Assembly: GCF_016432865.1 (NCBI RefSeq) | Contig: NC_067398.1 | Location: 84,630,001-84,694,000 of the forward strand | Length of the DNA: 64,000 nt | Direction of reading: 5' to 3' | Origin: Antechinus flavipes | Lineage: Eukaryota | Shown: positions 54,651 to 64,000 of the stretch, one piece after another | Layout: every line of letters starts with the position of its first letter | Numbering within the stretch: the stretch's first letter is position 1 | Notes under the pieces: generated by a model | What the model saw: only the letters and a program-made list of their open reading frames with translations | Database searches by the model: none | Told to the model about the DNA's origin: nothing | Program-made: the position numbers and the translations under genes

Positions 54651-57229
54651 AAATTGATTTTAAAAAACCAATGACCATATTTTAAACATATATATGCATA
54701 TATGTATGTGTATATATAGAATATATATATACATACACACACACATATATATATAAAACACACATATAAAGTTGTAGCAAAGAATTAGAAGCAAAGTGGA
54801 TGTCCATCATTTGGGGAAATGGGTGAACAAATGATTGCACATGAGTTGAGGGGATATTATTGTGCTGTAAAAAATGAGTAGATTCAGAGAAATCTGTGAT
54901 GACTCTATTAACTTAAGAAAAGTAAAGTAAACTGATTCAGGAGAACAATTAATACAATGACAATACTACAAATAAAAACAGCTTTAAAAGACTTAACTAT
55001 GATCAGTACATGACTAATCACGGGGTCAGAAGATGAAGCAAACTTTCTACTTCTTGGTGGAGAAGCAAGATATGCATTTTTGGACATGACCAATGTGTGA
55101 GTTTATTTTGTATGACTGCACTTGTTTGTAAGGGGAAAGAGCTTTAATGGTGGCCAGAGAATTTTGTGTGTGGGGGGGGGGAGAGAGAGGGAGGGATAGG
55201 ATAATGATATGAAAAGGAAGAAAATAAAGAAAAGATGTTCAATGAATCATTAAGGAAATAAACCAAAGAGAACATAAGAAAGTTCAGAAGGGACACATAA
55301 GGAGATAGTGTTGGAACTATAGCATTAATAGGTACAGTGTCATGCTATATTTGAAATACACCAAAAAGCTATAAATATCAGACATACATGGTTTCCTATT
55401 CCGTCTACTTTTTCTGTTCTTTTATATGAAGAAACATTTTTGTTTATTTGTATTTGTCAAATTCATAATGATAAAAAAAGTCAATAAAAACAAAACATCC
55501 TAATTGGAAAGTTATCTGATCTATGTACAATGCCCAGCTTTCTGTCTGGTGAGCTCTCAGCAGAGATTCAGTTTTGTCCTATTTAAGGAGAGCCCCCAAA
55601 TTCCCTAAATGACTGTTCTAGCTCCTGGACATTGACCTTGTAAAATGTATTCGGGGACAGGAGTGGATACTTGAGTGAATCATAGCATGACGACATGATA
55701 TAAGATAGCTGAGGGTTGGGGATGGGGCAGAATCCCCAGGGGCTTCATATTCCATTAAATGGTAGCAATCAGCCATTTCTCTAATGCACCTGCTTTTTAG
55801 CAAAGAAACAGATCAAAGGGATCTCTGAGGTCATCTCATCCAACCCTGAGATGAAGCAGGAATCCCCTGGGCAATATATTCTACATGTATCTTGTATGAT
55901 TTACTGACCAATTTGCTTACCAATTACTGACATGTTGCCTCCACCCATCAGAATGTGAGCTCTTTAAGTGAAGAAGCTATTTTTGCCTTTCTTTGTATTT
56001 CTGGCATCTGACATTGCACTTGTGTGACCTCAGGCAAGTGAGTGAGCCTCCCAGGAGCCCTGATTTCCTTATCTGTAACTGAGGGAGTTGGCCTCCAAAG
56101 TCCCTTCCATTTATGGTTCTGTAATCTATGAAATATGTAAAATTGTATTAACTCATTTTTGGGGGCTACTGATTCATATGCTCCTTAGAGTCCTTGAAAA
56201 ACTCTAGGTTTTCATGTATAACAATTTAGACATTTCTCCCTCATTCTGCACCTGCACAGTTGATTTTTTGAACCTAAATATAAAACCTTACATTAATTCC
56301 TACTAAATGTCCTATTGGATTTGCCCCTTGCTCCAACCTACCAAGATTTTTTCATTTACTAATGAAATTAGTTAATTTTATTCTCCCAGAGGGAGGAAGG
56401 GGGAACATAACTAGGATGATTGATGAATGGAGTGGGGTAACCACTAAGTATGAAAAGAATTTCATCAATCCCTATGTTTATCCTTATTGAGTTTACTCCT
56501 GATGTTCCCAAACCTGTTTTCCATGAGCTGGTGAGTATGTAAAGGAGACCAGCTCCCCTTCACCCCGTTTTTCTTTTACTCCTGAGTAAAAAATAGTAAA
56601 AGCCCCCAAATTCAGGAGCTACTCAGGTTTGTCTATAGACAAGTCACAGTTCAAGTCAACCAAATCAAGGGATAGTTAATGTTAAGTCCCTTTTGTGGCC
56701 AAGATGCTGTCCTAGGTATGAGGGAAGCTTTTCCTTGCTTTGACATGTTAAGATGGCTACATATCAGACTGGCACAAGAGCTTCTTTTAATAACTGTGTT
56801 TCTCTTTTTTAAATTCAGAAGCAGATTACAGATTTTGAAACTGTCTTCCAACATACAGAGCTAGTCTACTCAGTTTCATTTTATTCACAATTTGATAAAA
56901 ATGCAAAGATGCTATTATCTAAATGGTTGACAAAAAATGCTGAATGATATAGGGCCAAGGACATAGATAGCCCTTCTATTGTTGTCCCTTTCTCTCCCTT
57001 CCAGGGAGATTAATGGATGAATCAGCTCATTAATCACAAATCTGGTGGTAGTGGGAATTCATGGAGCAATATCTTGGGTAGCGACAGAGCAGACCTGCTT
57101 CTAGAGAAGCCATTACAAGTTTGCCATGGCAAATTGCTGAACCAATTAGGCCAGCATTTAAGGCATCTCTGCTGAGACCTCAGTGACCCAGAGTTTTCCA
57201 GTTCTTGTTTGGGAGTCAACCAATTCCTT

Positions 57230-58400
57230 TGAATTGACTATGCAATAAGCATTAGTAAAACCCACTGTGGTGGGTGCTAGGGATATAAAGGTAAGTGCGA
57301 ACCAGTCCTTGAGGAGCTCACAATCTAGTGAGTGGAGATAAACATACATATAGATAGAAATATACAAAATGGATGTATGATAGGTACAAGATAATATTGT
57401 GAGGAAGGCATTAGTAACCAGGGGGATAAGGAAAGGTTTCATTAAGAGTCTTCAGAAGAAGGTAAGTCTTGAACTGATTCTTGAAGAAGGTAGGGATTCT
57501 AAGGGTCAAAAGTAATAATAATAATAATAATATCTAATATTTAGATAGCATCTACTATGAGCCAAGTACTATGCTAAGCATTTTATAAATAATCTTACCT
57601 GATCCTTACAACCACCCTGGGAATTGAGTGCTATTAAACCCTAAAATTAAAATTTATGATTAAGGAAACTGAAGCAAACAGAGTTTAAGTACCTTCCTTA
57701 AGTTCACACAGATGGTGTCTGAGGCTGTATTTGAACTCTGGACTTTCCGACTCCACCAAATCCAGTGTGCTATCTCCACTGTGGAAGGGTTGCATTTCAG
57801 ATATGGGGAATAGTCAATTCAAAGGAATTGGGTGAAAGATGATGTGCCATGTGTGATGGAAGCAGGAGAACTTGGATGGAGAGCAGTGAGTCTATATATG
57901 AGTATAAAACTAAAAACTAGGAGGGATCCAGCCGGTGATTTGATTGTACAGGCAAAGGAAGCCATTAGAGTTTATAAACTAGGAGAATGACATGATCACA
58001 CCTGAGCTTTAGGGAAATCATGTTGGAAGCTGGGTAGAGGATAGACTGGAGTACAGAGACTTACAGTTTTGAGTTTTGTCCTCCTTGCCACACAAGAGGC
58101 TACTGCAATTGTCCAGGTGAGAGGTGATGAGAGCCTGAACTAGATCAGTGCTCATGTAAATGGAGAGAAAGAAATAGATGCAAGAGATGTTGTTGGGATT
58201 AGAAATAATAACGTATGACAATCTAATTGGCTATGTGAGGTGAGGGAAAGGCAGGAGTCAAGGATGATACCAAGGGGGTAAATCTGGATTACTGGAAAAA
58301 TGGTGGGGTCCTTCAGAGAAATAGAAAAGTTTGGAAGTGGGGCAGGGGAGAAAAGATGATATACTCTGTTTTGGTTATGGTGAATGTCAAATATCTACAG
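57230..58400 (-). mobile_element. LINE2 antisense with an embedded MIR-like piece
   Basis: aataagcattagtaaaacccactgtg...gagctcacaatctag and attgtccaggtgagaggtgatgagagcctgaactag. Boundaries approximate. Confidence 0.65.
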
Positions 58401-58896
58401 AACATCTGTAAAGTCAAACAGCCTCCATGCATCAGCAGGACAAACAACTTTTGTGGACATTTATGTTTGCTGCTTTTATTTAGTATTTCAACAATGATCT
58501 AAAATTACTCTGAAGGATTTATGATGAAAAATACTATCCATACTCAGAGAAAGAACTGATTGAATCTGAATCTGAATTCTGATGGAAGCATATTTTTGGG
58601 GGTACTTTATTTTTCTTGAGTTTTTTTGGGGGGAGTGAGAATCTGTTTTCTTTCATAACATGATTTTTATGGAATGTTTTGCATAATTTCACAAATGCCT
58701 TCTCAGTGGGGAGTGAGGTGGGGAGGGAGAGAAAGTTATAAAAGCAAATATTAAAAATTATTTTCCATGTAACTGGGAAAAATAAAATATTAAATGTAAA
58801 ATTTAAAAAATTGCTATTGCAAATTGCTTCTTGGATTCCACCACTCCAGTAAACAGGAACAATGCAGGAGCCGACCCATGCTTTATATCAAGTCCT

Positions 58897-58902
58897 TTTA
58901 TT
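58897..58902 (-). terminator. Poly(A) signal of the minus-strand transcript (putative BSN)
   Basis: AATAAA with several upstream TGTA motifs and downstream TTGTTCCTGTTT on -. Confidence 0.7.
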
Positions 58903-59369
58903 CTGTTATCACAGAAATACCTTGTAGGGGCAATATCTCATACTGAGTCACAATACAGAAGGCGGTACATTGAAATACTACGAGTTCTCACAGGGCGCAG
59001 CAGGACAGACACACAATTTACAATGTTCAGATAGAGGACTTAGGTCATTGCACTTACAACTGTAAACTTGTTGGTTTGACTTTGTACAACCCCTCCCACC
59101 CCCACCCCGGCCCCATCAACAACAACAAAAACCCTCACCCCAAAATGGAATAGCCCGAGAAAGGCGAGGAAGCCCTCGGGTGAAAGGGGCTGAGGAAAAC
59201 CATAAGAACTCTACAGATGACTCCTATACCTTGGGAAAGGAGAGGAGAGAGAAGACCTGAGGGAAGAGAGAAGGGAAGGTCGGAGGGAAGGCAGAAGAGG
59301 TATGGGTTTCAATCCCAAGGGCTAAATGAGACAGTCTCTCTCCCTCAAACACACTCTCCTCACTCTCCT

Positions 59370-59371
<2 letters not shown>

Positions 59372-59407
<36 letters not shown>
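59372..59407. repeat. (AC)18 microsatellite
   Basis: Pure AC run. Confidence 0.97.
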
Positions 59408-59409
<2 letters not shown>

Positions 59410-61861
59410 ATTAAAGTATTGGCTTTCTCTTTTTGTACATCAAAGCAAAAGGTGTGCTGGCGCTGGGAAGCGGGCCCCCAACACGAGTTTTTGAGTTTTG
59501 TTCTTTGCCACACGAGGTTTACACACTATACAATGTATTTACATGCCAGGAATGGAGAGGGAAGGTCTTGGTGACCCCAAGAGAGACTCCGGGGTGGGGC
59601 AGGGCTCGGGAGGATGTCGGACTGTATGCACTTGTCAAGCCAGCGGCTCCCTGGGAAATACTGGCCATTCTGGGGATGCCTGAAGGGGAGGTCACTGCTT
59701 TGGAGACGCTGGGGGCTCCAGAGCTAACTGGATATCTTCAAATCCTCACCTTTAGTTTGGTTCTAAATGTTCTTAAGCAATCAGATAGCCTGCCCTTCAA
59801 GGGCAGCAACTGAGCAGAGAAGCTCACATTGTCTCCCTCTCTGAGGCAGTGCAGAGTGAATATATCTATATACACACACATACACGCACACAGGCATATA
59901 ATATATATATATTACTAGATTGGAAGTCAGGGACCCTGGGTCTTAGTTCCAAGTCTGCCACCAACTGACTTCATGTTTTCAGGTCACATGTCAGTTCTCT
60001 CAGCCTCAGTTTACCAATTTGCAACACGGAGTTGGTTCAGAGGATTATTAAAGCCCCTTCCAGATCTAAAGCTGTGATTGCCTCTGGAGTTGGAGAGAGG
60101 TCAAAAGGGAGAAGATATTGATGAAAGGGCTGTGGTGAGCATGTGTGCTTTCCAAGAGGAAGCTGCCTGATGGAGGTAACCTCCAGGACTGTCAAAGGCA
60201 AAGTATGGAGAGTGTGCTAGCTTTCTGCTGGTGGACAGAGCCCCCAGGACAAATAAAGTATGTGTGGAAGCCCCCTGCACCTCTCCCCACTAAGCAGAAA
60301 AGATCCAGAGCCCTCCCTCCCCCTTGTTTTCCCTACCCCCTCTACGGGCCATCTCTAGTGCTCTTGGCTCCATGTGGTGAGCTCTCCCGTGGGCCTGGGG
60401 TCTTCGAAGGACTTAGCAATCTACAGTTGTGCTGAGCACTTCCATCCCAAGTGTCCAAAGTCCAAAGTGGACGTCCCTTATCATGGCCACAGAAAGGGCT
60501 CTAATTGGGGACCAGAGAGGTCTCTGGAGGCATCGAGGAGCTCAGGAAGCTCTCAGAAAGTTCGGGGGAGAGACTAACTTCACACATGGTCCGGCTGGAT
60601 GAGGACGCTAAGTCAGAGGGCAAGGACTTATCACAGAAAGGAGCCCTCTGCTCGTACCTTGAAGTGTGGTCCGGTCAAGTACCTGAACCCCTCTGCCTCG
60701 GCTTTCTCATCAGGAAAGCAGGGAGTGACACTTCCTCTCCCCTCCTTTACACACACAATTAGAAAAGATCATACATACAAGGTGAGCTGAGCTCCTCCGA
60801 AGAGGCCGTGTCAGCGAGAGGTATTGTTACAAATGGGATATTTGTGAACACGCACATAGTCAGCGCTTAATAAATGCTTATTTCATTCCATCACATTCCA
60901 TAGTTCAATGAGGAGAATCAAGTAAAAGGCAGTTGCCATTGCAAATAGCAGTCTCCAACAGTAGGGCAGGCCATCTAACAAGAACGCTGGCTGGTCAATA
61001 TACAGACCAGGAAGTGCTTGCCACATGAGTCACTTGCATATTATCCTAAGGCCATCAAGGACCATCTTGTCTATCTCTGGTGAGAATGAAGATATGGCGA
61101 AAGCAGGGCCCTTTCCCCATTGCCTTCCCTCACCTCATAATGTTTCATTCACTCCCATTAAGAAGTAGTCTTTTCTCAGGCTTTTGTCCCTGCTAACTTG
61201 GGGCTTAGGAAGGTCCCTTCCACTTAAATGGCAGCTAAGAAGCCTAGCCCTGTGAGATGAGTTAAACTCTGGAAGTTCTTGGGATAACCCACCAAGACTT
61301 TTCTGGACACAGAGGGACCTCTTCTTGGAGAAAACTAGAACAAAATGAGGCTCCAGGCAAGGGGGATGGAGTCTCTGACAGAAAAATGACACAGAGAGGT
61401 CTCCCCTCCTGACTCCTAGACCTGTCGAGAAAAATGGGAATCCTTAAGAAATACATGGTACCTGAACCCAAACAGCTCTGGAAAAAGGCTAGGCTATGGG
61501 CTCAATGCCTTTGATGTGCCCAGGCCCACTGGGAACTTCCCAAGGCATGGTGGAAGTCAGTGATACCTTAGATATGGTGGTGTAGGGAAGGAAAAAGCTT
61601 GGCACCTCACCAGTCCAGAAACTCTCACGTGTCCCAGACAGGTAGTTTGCATGTCCCTTGCCAATCAGTCTTTGTTTCATTCCCAAAGGTCGGCAACTCC
61701 TACACTGGTCTTCAGAAATGTCTAGGATTATTCATCCCTGCCCCCCATTCTGGGCCCTTTTTCTTTCTACAGTCTTTGAAAGTTTTTTTTTTTTTTTTTA
61801 ATCTTTAAAGTTCCTAGAAAATCTCTCTTTGATCAAAACTAAGAAAGGAAGCCTCCAATTC

Positions 61862-61984
61862 TTTTTTTTTTCCCCTGAGGAAATTGGGGTTAAATGACTT
61901 GCCCAGAGTCACACAGCTAGGAAGTGTTAAGTGTCTGAGGCAAGATTTGAACTCAGGTACTCCTGACTTCAGGGCTGGTGCTCT
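61862..61984 (-). mobile_element. WSINE1-like SINE within the putative BSN 3' UTR
   Basis: T-tail, then cctgaggaaattggggttaaatgacttgcccagagtcacacagctaggaagtgttaagtgtctgaggcaagatttgaactcagg...cttcagggctggtgctct. Confidence 0.85.
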
Positions 61985-64000
61985 GATTCCTGAGTCCTAG
62001 CCCTTCCTCTAGGTAAAAAACATCAATCTTTGATTTTGTACTCACTTGAGCGTCTTAGCTGCTCCGTTCCCTTTCAGGAATGGCACGCTTTACTCAGAGG
62101 ACTGAGCAGCACAGGTAAAACCAAAGTATAACAAACAAGCAATAAAACAACCTTTTAACTTTTAATCCAGAGCCTATGGGTATCCAATCCATCTCTTGAA
62201 AAATGGGCTTCCAGGCCTCCCCAAAGCCCCGGGCCAACATAGCTGTGTTGGGCTTTGAGTTTCACAGAGGCTGAGGGCTCCAGTTGACCCTGAACAGACC
62301 AGTTTTCTAAGCCCTGGACACAATCCTTCAGGCCAAGAGAAGTAAGGTAATCTAATTTAAAGACAGAAATTCTATAGCAGACATCTGAGACTGCTCAAAC
62401 TCGCTTCTGAAATTTTTTTAAAAGTCTCCTCCATTTCAAGGCTCTGCTACAGACACTGGGGATATGGTCCGTGTGTGGAGGGGTGATAGCAGGGGTCTTT
62501 AGGAAGACTGGTCAAGTGAGAAGGGTAGTGACTATGGAATCTGAGGACTCATAGCCCACCGTTACTATTTACTTCCTGGGTGACTTTGGTCAGGTTATTG
62601 CCTACTCTCTCTGGCCCTCAGCCGACACATCTTACTTTAAAAGGGGAAGGGAAGGGTTGGGTCAGATTTTTCTCAAAGGCCTTTTCCCATTCTAACTCCT
62701 CTGATCTGGAAGGAAATTGGGGGGAGGGAGTCCCCTGTCCACGCCAGGACGTGGGGTCTGTGGGAAGGGGCACAGGTCAGCCTGAGGGGGGAGGGCACAG
62801 GACCTCTCTCTCTCCTCTCTCCAGACTAGAGGCACCTCTCCCGTTAGCACGGACAGTCCTTCTGTAACAAGTGCATATGCCGACAAGAAGCATCTGAGTA
62901 TAGGCGAGGGACTGAGGCAAAAAGAACCCCGAGCAAAGTACGGCAAGCATTTAAAGTAGATGAATTCGTGCAAAGAGGTAGCAAGCCATGCTCTACTCTA
63001 GGACAGGAGACAGTAACAGCAGCATGGTCACCCTTTGGCAACGACGCGTCCTTCATGTGGGTCGAACATGCCACAAATTGAAAACTTCACACACACAGGT
63101 GTTAGCTAGAAACATATCCATCCAGTTTCTCCATAGCACATTTGCAATTAAATTCTTATACATAACATTTAGTTTGTTAAATATTAACAGGTGTAGTGTG
63201 TTCTGTTTTTTTAAATTTTTTTTTGTTTTTTTTTTTGTTTTTTGTATTTCATTGCATAGAACGTTAGAAATGAGACTTGTTGCTGTTGCTCAGGTTGAAG
63301 GGAAGCTCCAATGTATGGGACCATCGGGTAGGTTGTCTGGAACACTGTTGAGGCGAGAGCGGCTGGTGACAACCAGGACACCCCCACCCTGGGCTCACTG
63401 GTTGCTGACTGTGGCTCCCTCTCGCTTCCCATCTCAGAGGTTCTAGGAACTTCACAATGGCAACTCAAACCACATGGGCTTCCTTTTTTTTTTGTTTTGT
63501 TTTGTTTTTGTTTTTTTTGTTTTTAAATTTCTGAGCACGCCCACCGGTAATGGCTTAAGAAGGACTTGAATTGCACAGTAAGAGGAAGGAGAATGGCAGA
63601 GGCGACCTCTCCTGATGTCATCCCACCTCCTCGTGGGGCTCTTGTAGCCTACTGCACTCTATTGCTTCTACAGAGGACACCCCGTGATTACCAGGTACAG
63701 AGAAAAGGAGGAAGGAGTTAAAAAAAGAAAAGTGTGTTGGGGAGATAGGGAAGAGGAGGAAAGAAAAATGAAAGAAAAATGCTTATGAGGTATACAAGTA
63801 AATAAAATTGGAATGGTTAAGGCTGCTTTTGAAATAAAAAGAAATCTTCAGGCATAGGCAAAATAAGGAGATGGTTGTTATGAAAGCTTTGCCACTTGGA
63901 TGTCTCACAATGGCTTGGTGATGGCTTCAAGGTGGCTGGCAGACACGCTTGGACTGCCACCATCTGTCTGGGGAAAAGCCAGCCAGTGCACATGCTGCCT

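Larger units (their letters stand above)
58870..63667 (-). other. BSN: Long terminal non-coding exon, probably the BSN (Bassoon) 3' UTR
   Basis: On -: long pyrimidine tract (about 63690-63780), first AG at 63670-63668, about 4.8 kb without a credible ORF, then AATAAA at 58902-58897. Identity is by synteny upstream of APEH; no BSN coding exon is present. Confidence 0.55.

Noticed and set aside
62822-62842. TTAGCACGGACAG resembling a REST/RE1 site near a neuronal gene
   Set aside because: Spacing and left half-site do not fit the canonical RE1.

Overview
Vertebrate genomic DNA, most likely from a dasyurid marsupial (inferred from WSINE1-like and MAR1-like SINEs, a hAT MITE resembling OC1, and marsupial-type L1 3' ends). 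The order matches the conserved RNF123-MST1-APEH-BSN block. It contains: a CpG-island first exon of a minus-strand gene (RNF123 by synteny only); a complete 18-exon MST1/HGFL gene on + (CDS 11943..31374, 2118 nt, 705 aa); a complete 22-exon APEH gene on - (CDS 48960..32734, 2193 nt, 730 aa); and a long terminal non-coding exon on - that is probably the BSN 3' UTR. I traced every MST1 and APEH exon by hand, and all splice phases close without stops. The remainder is transposon-derived or simple-repeat sequence, plus one 128-N gap. I found no convincing new multi-gene system. The best leads are: a pogo/Tc2-type DNA transposon with an internal higher-order minisatellite beside the RNF123 promoter; a stack of solo LTRs separating the RNF123 and MST1 promoters; an OC1-like MITE; a GC-AG intron and an in-frame retainable intron in APEH; substitutions on the MSP receptor-binding face; LINE2-derived poly(A) signals; and candidate RNA elements in the putative BSN 3' UTR. 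Repeat family names and human comparisons come from memory, not from searches.
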